DNA from: a virus
Lineage: Duplodnaviria > Caudoviricetes
DNA: 24,753 nucleotides
Strand: one strand, 5' to 3'
Virus record (IMG/VR): IMGVR_UViG_3300032318_000382
Location: 1-24,753 of that record
In this document: positions 15,399 to 23,693 of the stretch, piece after piece
Numbering within the stretch: position 1 is the first letter of the stretch
Layout: each line of letters starts with the position of its first letter
Notes under the pieces: model-generated
Database searches by the model: none
The model's input: only the letters and a program-made list of their open reading frames with translations
Told to the model about the DNA's origin: nothing
Made by a program: the position numbers and the translations under genes

Positions 15399-17936
15399 CT
15401 ATGGCTGTGGGTTTATTCCAGTGCCCGTGGACACTGCAAAGCGTTCGCCGCTCTGGATTTCGGCTTGCGCCAATGCCATTGCGGTCTGGTTGTCTTGGCT
15501 GTTCATGGCCAAGCGCGCTTGGATTTCAGCCATGGTGCGCTGGTCCTCGCCTTGCTGCTTCTGCTGCTCGATGGCGACCTTCGCTTGAAGCTCGGCGGCG
15601 TCCATCTGGGCGTCCATCTGCATCTTCTGGGCGTCCATCTGCATGCGCTGGGCTTCGGTCTGTGCGTCCATCTGCGCGGCCTGCGCGTCGGCCTGCGTTT
15701 TCTGCTGGTCGAGCTGCAATTTCTGCATATCCAGCGCCAGACGCGGGTCTTGCATCGGCTGCGGTGCGAACTGCTGCATGACTTGCTGCGCTTGCTGGAT
15801 GATTTGCGGTATCTGCGCGAACAACTGACCGCCCTCGGCCAGCGCCGCCGTCGATGCCTCGGCCAGCATGCGGTCGAGTGCCTTGCGGGCCTCGGTGTCC
15901 TTCGGCTCCATGTCCCGCATCATGTCGCCCAAGTCGCCGCCGAGCGCGTCTGTGGACACGTCGAACACTGCCGACGCATACCAAAGCGCGACGTGCTCCT
16001 TAATGTGGTTCAAAATGGCAGGAATGTAGACTGGCGCGAATATCGGGTTCATGCCGAACGTCGGTGACATGAGATACGCGATGTGCGTCTGCAAGTGCGC
16101 CAGATGGTCTTGGTTCGGAAACGCTGTCACAGGGCGACCGAGCGATGCGGCGACGTTCTCGTTGACCGCGTTCTGCTCGGTAGGCTCCATCGCTGGGTTG
16201 AGCAGGTCTTTTGCATTGGCGATTTTCAGCGTCTCGAGGATGCGCTCCTCGACCTTGCGCTGATTGTACATGCCGGGGATGGCCGCAGCGCGCTGCGCCA
16301 CAGCCTGCACCTGCGCAAAGCGCTGCGCCTCGCTAAAGATGTTCGGGTCGCTGACTGGCACAATGTCGAGGACGCCGTCAAAGTCATCGCGCGACGCCAG
16401 CTCCTCGCCAGCCTCTTGGACAAGCTTCTCGTCGTCGAGGTTGAAGCCGTTGAGCCTGTCGAGGATGCGCAGCATACGGCCCATGCTGTCGTGCAGACGG
16501 CTGTGGATGGCCGAGTAGACGACCGCGCCTTGCTCCAGCTTGGCAAGCGTCGTGCCGACGGGTGCGTTCGGGTTGTTGTCGGCAATATCATCCAAGGACG
16601 TGCGCACGACGCCCTTGGCGGTGTCGATAAGGAAGCCCAACAGGTTGAACAACGTCTGCGATGGTGGGTTGTACGGCAGCGGCATGGCCAGCTTGCGCAC
16701 GTCATCGACGTTGAGACCGCCTTCAATCTCCTCGGTCTGGCCCGGCTGAATGGACAGGCTTTGTCCGCCAGCGGTGCCGCCCTTGAGCTTGAGCATGGTC
16801 TGGCTGTTCTGGATGTGCGCGCTGTCAAGCAGTGCGCGCAGCGCGCCAGTCGCCGCGCCGGATAGCCCACCAATCATGTGCGGCAAGCCAATTGGATATG
16901 CGCCGCGCCATGGGATGAACGGGAACTCGACGAACCAATACATTTCGTCGCGGGTCTCGTCTTCTTCGTCCCAGTTGCGATAAATTGCGAGTATCTTGCC
17001 AGTCTGCTTGTCTATGCTGACGATATAAGGGGCAGTGCCTTCGCCCTCCTCTATCTCCATCATGACGTAGCTCTCGTAGACGATGCGCAAGCCGTCTTCG
17101 TTGTAGCTCGTCGCGTCGCGGCCCTCAATCTTGTCGTTCGCTTGGCCAGCGACCGATTGCTCCGGCTCCATGCTGGCAGGGATTAGGTCGGCGTCGCGAT
17201 ACATGCCGTCGCGGACGCGCGTCTCATAGTCGAGCTGCGTGAGATATTGCACCTGCGTCTTGCGCTGCGCAGTGTAGAAATTGGTCGCCGCGTAGGGCAG
17301 GAGCATGTCGTCGATAGGCACGAACAGGAACGTCGGGCGATTGCGCACGCTGTCCCATCCAAGTTTCAAATACTGCGCGCCGCCGAGCGGTAGCTGCGTC
17401 ATGAGCTGTTCAAGCTCGGCGCGGACCTCGGGGCACTGGACCGTCATCTGCCAATTGAGCAGGGCCGACTTGCGCTTGGCCTTCTCGACCTTGTCCGCCG
17501 TCATCGGGCCGGATATGTAATCTTTTACAGGTCCGCCGGACGGGAATATCTCCTTCATGGCGCGCGCTGCAAAGTCAACGCATGCCTCGGTCATGACGGG
17601 ATGCACGACGCGTGACGCGCCCTCGAACTGCGCGCCGCCCGGTGCGTCGTCGCCAAGGCCAGTGCGGCGCAAGCCCTCTTCGTACTGCTCGTCGCGCTTC
17701 TTGCGCGCTTCCTTGTCCTTGCTGATAAGCTCGAGCAACTGCGTCGAGAGCGTGTTCAGCTCCGGCTCGGGCATCTCCTCGGCGAGGTTAGCGTAAAATT
17801 CGCTCTCGGCTGGCTTCGCCGCGTCGTCGGATAGGCGAACGATAGCGCCGCCGTCAGGCGTGTCTTCGACCTCGTCGTCATCGACGTCGGGAAGCTCCAC
17901 AAATTCGCCTTCTGGCATCTCGTCTTCTTCGTCCAT
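15399..17936 (-). CDS. Portal protein with long C-terminal Gln-rich coiled coil
   Basis: 845 aa directly after terL; FEGASRVVHPVMTEAC, NAPVGTTLA and PVSDPNIFS motifs; QMDAQ-repeat tail reminiscent of a P22-type barrel. Confidence 0.88.
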   Translation of the reverse strand: MDEEDEMPEGEFVELPDVDDDEVEDTPDGGAIVRLSDDAAKPAESEFYANLAEEMPEPELNTLSTQLLELISKDKEARKKRDEQYEEGLRRTGLGDDAPGGAQFEGASRVVHPVMTEACVDFAARAMKEIFPSGGPVKDYISGPMTADKVEKAKRKSALLNWQMTVQCPEVRAELEQLMTQLPLGGAQYLKLGWDSVRNRPTFLFVPIDDMLLPYAATNFYTAQRKTQVQYLTQLDYETRVRDGMYRDADLIPASMEPEQSVAGQANDKIEGRDATSYNEDGLRIVYESYVMMEIEEGEGTAPYIVSIDKQTGKILAIYRNWDEEDETRDEMYWFVEFPFIPWRGAYPIGLPHMIGGLSGAATGALRALLDSAHIQNSQTMLKLKGGTAGGQSLSIQPGQTEEIEGGLNVDDVRKLAMPLPYNPPSQTLFNLLGFLIDTAKGVVRTSLDDIADNNPNAPVGTTLAKLEQGAVVYSAIHSRLHDSMGRMLRILDRLNGFNLDDEKLVQEAGEELASRDDFDGVLDIVPVSDPNIFSEAQRFAQVQAVAQRAAAIPGMYNQRKVEERILETLKIANAKDLLNPAMEPTEQNAVNENVAASLGRPVTAFPNQDHLAHLQTHIAYLMSPTFGMNPIFAPVYIPAILNHIKEHVALWYASAVFDVSTDALGGDLGDMMRDMEPKDTEARKALDRMLAEASTAALAEGGQLFAQIPQIIQQAQQVMQQFAPQPMQDPRLALDMQKLQLDQQKTQADAQAAQMDAQTEAQRMQMDAQKMQMDAQMDAAELQAKVAIEQQKQQGEDQRTMAEIQARLAMNSQDNQTAMALAQAEIQSGERFAVSTGTGINPQP

Positions 17937-17999
17937 CAGTCTGTCCTCTTGGGATGCGCCTCGGCACCGTTTACATTAAGAATACGCATATTGCCAGCC

Positions 18000-19457
18000 C
18001 TACTGCGCGTATGGGTTTACGAGTGGCTTCGGCGCGGGGCGGTCGCCCTCGGTGCGCATGGGTGGCTTGGTCAAGCGCAACAGCCCCTTGTCCATGGCGA
18101 CGCGCACCGCTTGCGTCGTCTGGTCCACATGGTCGTCGTGCCTTATGCTCCCTGCGCCAGTGAAGCTGCAAAGTTGGTGGATGAGAGGCTCGCACCATGT
18201 GCGGGGCTTGCCGGGGTTCTTGTCGCTCTCGGGAACCCAGACGCGGCGCTGCGCGAATATCGGGCTGGCCATGTGCAGACGCGTGAGCTTGTCGGCGCGT
18301 CCGGGGTTGTACGCATAGGCTTGGATGCCTTCGCGGTCGAGCATTTGGCGCAAGCTTATGCCGCTGCCTTTGTCCTCGATGAGAAGCAGGTCGGGCTTGC
18401 GTCCCGACGTCATGGGCTTGGCGCTCCCGAACATGGGCCGGATGAGCGCCGTGTCCTCGTCGTCGCCATACGGCATTTTCAGCTCTTTTTTGACGCGCTT
18501 CATCAGGTCGGGCAAGCCGAGATAGTCTTCCCAGCAATCGAGCAGGATGAGGTGGCTCATCTCCTTATGCTGGAATATGCCCCAGACGCCGCATGCGGTC
18601 GGGTCGGGGTCGCCCTTACGGTCGAGGCTCTTCTCGGTGTACGCCGTGTCGAGCGACATGATGATATAGTCGAGCTTCGGCAACGCCTTCTTGGCTGGCC
18701 ATAGGTTGAGCCAACTGCGCTGGATGATGCCGCTCTCTTCGGGGTCGATAAGCTCGCCGTACAGCTCCTGCCGACCGAGCGTCGTGCCTTCATACTGCGC
18801 CAGATTGTCGAAGAAGCTGGCTGGCAGGTTGGCGCGGTTGTCGTAGGTCGAGCCGCGCACGATGAGGCGACGGTCCTTTGGCACCGACAAGCGCCGTATC
18901 AGCTCCTTGGGCTTGGGCGTCGTCGTCCATAGCACCTGCGGGTTGAGGCCAAGGCGTAGGCCCATCATGGCCATATCCCATGTGTCCTCGTCATACTGCC
19001 ATGCCGCCAGCTCGTCGCACCATGCGCGCGTCGCCTGTGGTCCGCGTAAGCGCTCGGGCTTCTCGGCAGTGAAGCCGCGCAGCGTGCTTATGCCGCCGTT
19101 GATGTTGCGTATCTTGATGAACAGGTCGGACTTGTTGTGCTCGACCAATAGCTCGGGCGGCAAGACGGATAGGATGCCGCTCTCGCCCTCGAAGCAGGTA
19201 AACTTTACGTCCTGATAGGTCGGGGCGATGACGTAGCTATCAAAGCCGCTCGGGTCTTCGTAAGCGGCGCGCGTTATCCATTCAGCGCCGACGCGTGTCT
19301 TGCCGAAGCCGCGCCCGGCAAGGATGCCGCACTCGGTCCAGTCAGTCTCGGGCACTATCTGGCTGGCGCGCGCAGTTTTCCACCACCGCGTCTGCCAGTC
19401 GATAAAGACGGATTGCTCGGGTGTTAATGACTGCAGGACTTTTTCGGCTAGGCTCAA
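18000..19457 (-). CDS. terL: Terminase large subunit
   Basis: Walker A AGRGFGKT, LRGPQ, Walker B WCDE, TTTP coupling motif, RNase H-like nuclease residues SLDTA, IEDKGSG, HDDHVD. TTG start overlaps the terS stop. Confidence 0.96.
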   Translation of the reverse strand: MSLAEKVLQSLTPEQSVFIDWQTRWWKTARASQIVPETDWTECGILAGRGFGKTRVGAEWITRAAYEDPSGFDSYVIAPTYQDVKFTCFEGESGILSVLPPELLVEHNKSDLFIKIRNINGGISTLRGFTAEKPERLRGPQATRAWCDELAAWQYDEDTWDMAMMGLRLGLNPQVLWTTTPKPKELIRRLSVPKDRRLIVRGSTYDNRANLPASFFDNLAQYEGTTLGRQELYGELIDPEESGIIQRSWLNLWPAKKALPKLDYIIMSLDTAYTEKSLDRKGDPDPTACGVWGIFQHKEMSHLILLDCWEDYLGLPDLMKRVKKELKMPYGDDEDTALIRPMFGSAKPMTSGRKPDLLLIEDKGSGISLRQMLDREGIQAYAYNPGRADKLTRLHMASPIFAQRRVWVPESDKNPGKPRTWCEPLIHQLCSFTGAGSIRHDDHVDQTTQAVRVAMDKGLLRLTKPPMRTEGDRPAPKPLVNPYAQ

Positions 19458-19951
19458 GCGTCCTTGTCCCCGAGCGCACCTGCGCGGATAGCGGCGGCAA
19501 TGCTCTTAGTGACGTCGGCAGTCTCGGACGCTATGGCTAAGGGCTTGTCGTCCTTATTGCCGAGGTTGAGCGTCGAGCTATCGCCATATTTCTTAGGTGC
19601 CCATTTGGCCAAAAGCTTCATGCGATATTCTGCGCGGTTTTTCTGCCATGTAACCGAAGCGTTATCGAGCCGTCCTGCTACAGTGTTTCCGGCTGCGTCC
19701 TTTTCGAGCAGACGTTCCGGTTCGGCGTCGATGATGTGCAACACGTCGTCGGCGATGACGTCATAACCGACCTCTTTGGCTTGCGCGTAGGCGAAAGCTA
19801 GGGTCTCGTCGTTGCGGCACCATTCCGCCCACACAGTCGGATGAAAATTCAACTCACGCCCAAGCGCCGCCAGCGTCTCGCCTTGAGCGAGACGTGACAA
19901 CACTTCCTCGACGAGCGCGTCAGTCTTCTTAGTAGGGGTTGGCATGTCCAT
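19454..19951 (-). CDS. terS: Terminase small subunit (Sf6-like)
   Basis: N-terminal HTH-like segment, YAQAKE...ADD...IID and LLAKWAPKKYGD motifs; AAGGAG RBS; directly upstream of terL. Confidence 0.9.
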   Translation of the reverse strand: MDMPTPTKKTDALVEEVLSRLAQGETLAALGRELNFHPTVWAEWCRNDETLAFAYAQAKEVGYDVIADDVLHIIDAEPERLLEKDAAGNTVAGRLDNASVTWQKNRAEYRMKLLAKWAPKKYGDSSTLNLGNKDDKPLAIASETADVTKSIAAAIRAGALGDKDA

Positions 19952-20029
19952 AGGCTCCTTTGTTTCGAGGGGCAGACATAAGCCAACCGTCCGACCAAAT
20001 CAACCGTTCCCTGCGCCTCTACACCCCAG

Positions 20030-20288
20030 TGCAACGCAACACGAAACCCGTGCAACATGCAACACGAAACCCCCTTAATGGAACATTAAGGAGGGTGTTC
20101 GGTGTTGCAGGTGGCATTGCAGATGCAACATCTAGCTCGTGTTGCATCGTGTTGCATCGTGTTGCAAGCCCTCGTAACCACAGCATTTCTGCGCTTCTGG
20201 TAAAAACTTACTCGTGTTGCATCGTGTTGCACTGCTTGCATGTGGTGCAACTTTACAAGTGCCATTCCTAAATGTTGCAAATGTTGCA
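20030..20288. repeat. Cluster of TGCAAC/GTTGCA repeats (iteron/operator-like)
   Basis: GCAACACGAAACCC x2 (20036, 20059); TCGTGTTGCA x3 tandem (20137-20166) and x2 tandem (20212-20231); AATGTTGCA x2 (20271-20288); single TGCAAC at 20030, 20051, 20124, 20246. Confidence 0.92.
20058..20109. other. Imperfect 52-nt palindrome
   Basis: TGCAACAC (20058-20065)/GTGTTGCA (20102-20109) enclosing CCTTAATG-GAA-CATTAAGG (20073-20091). Confidence 0.8.
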
Positions 20289-20289
20289 A

Positions 20290-20306
20290 AGGTCCGAAGC
20301 GGACCT
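20290..20306. other. Hairpin upstream of promoter copy 1
   Basis: AGGTCCG-AAG-CGGACCT perfect 7-bp stem. Confidence 0.7.
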
Positions 20307-20323
20307 ATTATCACCCTACTCGT

Positions 20324-20418
20324 AAAAAAAATGCAATATATGAAAAATAAGTGTTGCAACGTCTGCTTGCATAGTCCATAGAGGGTTCATCAGCAACGAA
20401 GACACGGAGTAAAACGAC
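20324..20418 (+). promoter_or_regulatory. Repeated early promoter/operator element, copy 1
   Basis: A-tract, TTGCAA(-35-like)-17 bp-CATAGA, inverted repeat TGCAA-N7-TTGCA (20355-20371), GTTCATCAGCAAC, GGAG RBS. Confidence 0.75.
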
Positions 20419-20658
20419 ATGAAAGTTACCGCTAACCACCTCGCCATCATCCGCGACAAGGGCACGGCATATCTTGCCGAGCATGGCTACACGTTCGCAG
20501 ACGTTGTCATCGGTCGTGACGCATGGAACGTACTGCATCAGTCCGGCGCGTACCGCGCTATCGGTGACGACTTTGTCGGCGGCTATCCAGACTACAACGA
20601 CGCGCACCTGCAAACGGCCTTGAAGGCTCTTATGCCCAACGCCGTTTTCCGCCGCTAA
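20419..20658 (+). CDS. Hypothetical early protein
   Basis: GGAG RBS; first gene after promoter copy 1; NDAHLQTAL motif. Confidence 0.85.
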   Translation: MKVTANHLAIIRDKGTAYLAEHGYTFADVVIGRDAWNVLHQSGAYRAIGDDFVGGYPDYNDAHLQTALKALMPNAVFRR

Positions 20659-20677
20659 TCAACAGGAGCCTATCATC

Positions 20678-20863
20678 ATGACTGAATACTACGACCTTCT
20701 GAACCGCGCACACGCAGCGCTAGAGGCCAAGGACTACGACCGCGCACGGTCGGTCCATGCCGCGATGGACCGTTTCTTAGATACGGAGCCGGAGCTGACT
20801 GCGCCACAAGAGCGCAAGTTCGAGAGCACGATGTTCCAACTTCGCGACAACAACAACTTTTAA
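20678..20863 (+). CDS. Hypothetical early protein
   Basis: AGGAG RBS; helical 61-aa ORF. Confidence 0.8.
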   Translation: MTEYYDLLNRAHAALEAKDYDRARSVHAAMDRFLDTEPELTAPQERKFESTMFQLRDNNNF

Positions 20864-20879
20864 GCAGGAGCAACACGAC

Positions 20880-21056
20880 ATGATATTGACCGACCAAGTT
20901 CTCAACGACATGGCCAAGAAGGGCTATGTGTATCGCCGCGATACCAAAAACTACCCGGCCCAAAATGGTCTGCGCAAACTGTGTCGCGACTTGAAAAACG
21001 AAGACTACAGCAAGCTCATCTTCGACGTTGACGCATATAAGGCGCACGGCAACTGA
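20880..21056 (+). CDS. Hypothetical 58-aa protein (not in ORF track)
   Basis: AGGAGCAACACGAC-ATG; MILTDQVLNDMAKKGYVYRRDTKNYPAQNGLRKLCRDLKNEDYSKLIFDVDAYKAHGN. Confidence 0.8.
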   Translation: MILTDQVLNDMAKKGYVYRRDTKNYPAQNGLRKLCRDLKNEDYSKLIFDVDAYKAHGN

Positions 21057-21066
21057 CACCACCGGA

Positions 21067-21084
21067 CGGCGGAGCAATCCGCCG
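21067..21084 (+). other. GNRA-tetraloop hairpin upstream of promoter copy 2
   Basis: CGGCGGA-GCAA-TCCGCCG; no adjacent U-tract on the plus strand. Confidence 0.7.
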
Positions 21085-21099
21085 CGAGGCTGGCGTTAG

Positions 21100-21194
21100 A
21101 AAAAAAATGCAATCCATGCAAAATAAATGTTGCAACCTCAAGTTGCATAGTGCATAGCCTGTTCATCAGCAACGAAGACAAGGAGTAACACATC
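21100..21194 (+). promoter_or_regulatory. Repeated early promoter/operator element, copy 2
   Basis: 33 bp (21116-21148) identical to copy 3; perfect TGCAAC-N5-GTTGCA (21131-21147); GTTCATCAGCAACGAAGACA shared with copy 1; AAGGAG RBS. Confidence 0.8.
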
Positions 21195-21737
21195 ATGGCA
21201 CGAGCAATAGAAATCACCGTTTACAAGTTCGACGAGCTTGACGCAGACGTACAAGCTAACGTCATCTCACGCTGGCGCGACGGCGACCAATTCTTCTGGA
21301 GCGACGAATGGGCGCAAAGCTTGGACGCGTTCGCAAAGCTTGCGCCGCTCACGGTTCGCAACTGGGATATTGGCTATCGCGGCAACGGCGTCACGTTCGA
21401 CATGGACCAAGACGCTGACTACGGCGACGGCATTGCCGAGCTGTCCGGCGTTCGAGCATGGAAATGGCTAGTCAATAACGGGTGGGCCGAGCTGGCTGCA
21501 GGACAGTCTTGCCCCTTCACTGGCTATTGCGGCGACGAGGACTTACTCGACGCAATCCGTGCGGCTTTGGCCAACCCGGCCTCCATCACGTCACTGCGCG
21601 ACGTCTTTAACGACGCGTTACAAGGCTGGGCCTCGGCGTTCGAGGCAGACGTTGACTATTGGCAAAGCGAGGAGGCCATCCGCGAGGACATCGAGGCCAA
21701 CGAGTATGAGTTTCACGCTAACGGCACCATCGCCTAA
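21195..21737 (+). CDS. Acidic early protein
   Basis: VYKFDEL...CPFTGYCGD...SEEAIREDIEANEYEF motifs; D/E and Trp rich. Confidence 0.88.
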   Translation: MARAIEITVYKFDELDADVQANVISRWRDGDQFFWSDEWAQSLDAFAKLAPLTVRNWDIGYRGNGVTFDMDQDADYGDGIAELSGVRAWKWLVNNGWAELAAGQSCPFTGYCGDEDLLDAIRAALANPASITSLRDVFNDALQGWASAFEADVDYWQSEEAIREDIEANEYEFHANGTIA

Positions 21738-21754
21738 GACAGGAGCAATCTGAC

Positions 21755-22192
21755 ATGACATTCCAAAAACATATTGACGCAATCGCCAGCGGCGAAGTCA
21801 CGAAAACAAATATCATCGGGCTGCGCAAAGCCCTCAACGCCGAGGGTCGCCGCCGCGCCGGATTATCGGTTAGCACGACCTGCCCCAAGGTATCGGGTGA
21901 TGATATATATCTGGCGCTTGCCATGATTGACCGCGACCGCCCTAAAGTTGTCGGCGAGTTGCACGACAGCGGCGTCAAGCTTCTGCAAAACAAGCGCTAC
22001 GCAAAGCGGCTGGCCAATTACGAGGACGTCATCGCATGGCCTAGCCACTTCGAGCTGTGCGGCTTCGACCGCTTGGGCCTCTACGGCCACTACGCGGTGC
22101 CAGTCTATCGGCTCGTCGGTCAGAACGGCGGCTCGTTCAAGTTTCGCAACATCCCATGGCAATCGGGCGGCAACGGTCCCGAGTTAGTTTAG
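21755..22192 (+). CDS. Hypothetical early protein
   Basis: AGGAG RBS; C-terminal PVYR...SFKFRNIPWQSGGNGP. Confidence 0.85.
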   Translation: MTFQKHIDAIASGEVTKTNIIGLRKALNAEGRRRAGLSVSTTCPKVSGDDIYLALAMIDRDRPKVVGELHDSGVKLLQNKRYAKRLANYEDVIAWPSHFELCGFDRLGLYGHYAVPVYRLVGQNGGSFKFRNIPWQSGGNGPELV

Positions 22193-22204
22193 GAGCAACA
22201 CGAC

Positions 22205-22381
22205 ATGCACGACGACCCCGAGTTCCAAGTACTGGCCAAGCAATTGCGCGAGGAGGGCTACAATCACACCGTGTTCAACGAGTACGCACGGGTGAAGCCC
22301 GAGGGTGGCCTCGAGCGCGCATGGATTGAGCGCTCCATGGTCCATGGTGGATATGAGATAAGGAAACCGAGCAATGTATAA
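22205..22381 (+). CDS. Hypothetical 58-aa protein (not in ORF track)
   Basis: AGGAGCAACACGAC-ATG; MHDDPEFQVLAKQLREEGYNHTVFNEYARVKPEGGLERAWIERSMVHGGYEIRKPSNV; overlaps the next start. Confidence 0.75.
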   Translation: MHDDPEFQVLAKQLREEGYNHTVFNEYARVKPEGGLERAWIERSMVHGGYEIRKPSNV

Positions 22382-22571
22382 TCCATATCAATGCGAAGCT
22401 GGCGAGATTGTCTATCGCCGCAACCCGACGCCAGCCGAGGTACGCCGAGGCGATGGTGCGCAACACTACCGGACGTTCGTCAAAGCCGACACGCCCGAGA
22501 TATATCACGCCAGCGGCGCGCTAAAGTCACGCTTTAGGGCCAAAGACGACGGCCTTTTCTACAGCCGATAA
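22374..22571 (+). CDS. Hypothetical early protein
   Basis: TAAGGA RBS; RNPTPAE...GAQHYRTF...DDGLFYSR; stop runs into promoter copy 3. Confidence 0.8.
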   Translation: MYNPYQCEAGEIVYRRNPTPAEVRRGDGAQHYRTFVKADTPEIYHASGALKSRFRAKDDGLFYSR

Positions 22572-22659
22572 AAAAAAATGCAAATGATGCAAAATAAATG
22601 TTGCAACCTCAAGTTGCATGGTGCATAGACTGTTCATCAGCAACAAGGAGTACCAAGAC
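22570..22659 (+). promoter_or_regulatory. Repeated early promoter/operator element, copy 3
   Basis: 33 bp (22587-22619) identical to copy 2; TGCAAC-N5-GTTGCA (22602-22618); GTTCATCAGCAAC; AAGGAG RBS. Confidence 0.8.
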
Positions 22660-22908
22660 ATGACATTCATTTCACAAGCAATCGAAACCAAATATCTTAA
22701 AGCGACCAACAGCACTGGCGCGCGTATCAAAGCGACCGCGTACGGCGGAAGCGTTACGGTCTCTCGCGACTGGGCACTGGACTTCACCGCCAATCACCGC
22801 GTCGCCGCAGAAGCGCTTATCGCTAAGTTAGGTTGGTCGGGTAAGTTCGCCCAAGGCAGCAACGTCAAGGGCGACGGCTATTTCTTTGTCAACGTGAAGG
22901 GCGCGTAA
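22660..22908 (+). CDS. Hypothetical early protein
   Basis: Start moved to ATG 22660, which follows AAGGAG; QAIETKYL..TN..GARIKA...NH..AA motif. Confidence 0.85.
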   Translation: MTFISQAIETKYLKATNSTGARIKATAYGGSVTVSRDWALDFTANHRVAAEALIAKLGWSGKFAQGSNVKGDGYFFVNVKGA

Positions 22909-22909
22909 C

Positions 22910-23137
22910 ATGGCTACGTTTCAAATCGGCAAGACCTACTACACCCGCAGCGTCGCAGACGCGGACACGATAGTCCGCGTCAAGGTGGCGAAGCGCACCG
23001 ACAAGACCATCGTCACCGACTTAGGCGACCGTCTGCGCATTAACGTCTGGAACGGCGTCGAGCAGGTCAAGCCATGGGGTTCGTACTCAATGGCACCTAT
23101 CGTAAGCGCAGACCGCTTGCTGGAGACAAGCGTATGA
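22910..23137 (+). CDS. Hypothetical early protein
   Basis: FQIGKTY..RS...KRTDKT...YSMAP motif; TAAC-ATG coupling. Confidence 0.85.
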   Translation: MATFQIGKTYYTRSVADADTIVRVKVAKRTDKTIVTDLGDRLRINVWNGVEQVKPWGSYSMAPIVSADRLLETSV

Positions 23138-23223
23138 CCGCGCATATCATCATCAACGCATTTTTCTGGGGCGTCCTCGCCCTGTCCATCTGGGCAATTA
23201 TCAGCACATTGAAGGGAGCATAA
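23134..23223 (+). CDS. 29-aa single-TM membrane peptide (not in ORF track)
   Basis: GGAG RBS, ATGA overlap; MTAHIIINAFFWGVLALSIWAIISTLKGA. Confidence 0.75.
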   Translation: MTAHIIINAFFWGVLALSIWAIISTLKGA

Positions 23224-23224
23224 C

Positions 23225-23512
23225 ATGACTTGGACAATCGACGGCTGCATCTCAACGCAGAACCTAGACATCGTGCGCGGCGGTAACCGCATCGCCATGA
23301 TTGATTGCGAGAACGAGGCACTATGCGATGGTGACATCCTCGCCAACGCGCACCTAATCGCCGCTGCGCCCGACCTGTTGCAAGCATTGCGCGACGCAGA
23401 TGAATTTTGCCAGCAAGGGCTAAACAGCGCGGAACCGCAGCATTGGGAAGCTGCGCTGCAAGATATTATGGGATTGGTCCGCAACGCAATCGACCGAGCG
23501 AAGGGAGCGTAA
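23225..23512 (+). CDS. Hypothetical protein with ANAxLIAAAPDLL motif
   Basis: ANAHLIAAAPDLLQAL is a common small-phage-protein motif; GGGAG RBS. Confidence 0.85.
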   Translation: MTWTIDGCISTQNLDIVRGGNRIAMIDCENEALCDGDILANAHLIAAAPDLLQALRDADEFCQQGLNSAEPQHWEAALQDIMGLVRNAIDRAKGA

Positions 23513-23513
23513 C

Positions 23514-23693
23514 ATGACGCAGCTTACCGGGAACCATCGCTATCGGAGCAACTGGCGCGGCCAGCTTATCCTCCAAGTCGAGGAGGCCGTGCGGCACTCC
23601 GACCTGTTCGGCAGCACCGTCCACGGCTGGACCGTGACCAAATGGCGCGACGCCACACTGTTCGACCTGCAAACGGAATGGAACGACCAATGA
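23514..23693 (+). CDS. Hypothetical 59-aa protein (not in ORF track)
   Basis: GGGAG RBS; MTQLTGNHRYRSNWRGQLILQVEE...KWRDATLFDLQTEWNDQ; ATGA overlap downstream. Confidence 0.82.
   Translation: MTQLTGNHRYRSNWRGQLILQVEEAVRHSDLFGSTVHGWTVTKWRDATLFDLQTEWNDQ

Noticed and set aside
13682-18793. Long alternative-frame and antisense ORFs over scaffold, portal and terL (for example 13682-14542, 14958-16067, 16083-16865, 17949-18704)
   Set aside because: Expected in GC-rich coding DNA; they lack recognisable motifs and overlap well-supported genes.
19960-20359. ORFs across the repeat region (19960-20271, 20086-20289, 20132-20359)
   Set aside because: The translations simply mirror the DNA repeats and no convincing RBS was seen; treated as non-coding.
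21131-21147. Assigning the operator to a host regulator (NtrC, alphaproteobacterial Fur/Mur, CtrA)
   Set aside because: The resemblance is partial: half-site bases differ from NtrC and CtrA, and spacing differs from the Fur/Mur box. The host is unknown, so the site is left unassigned.
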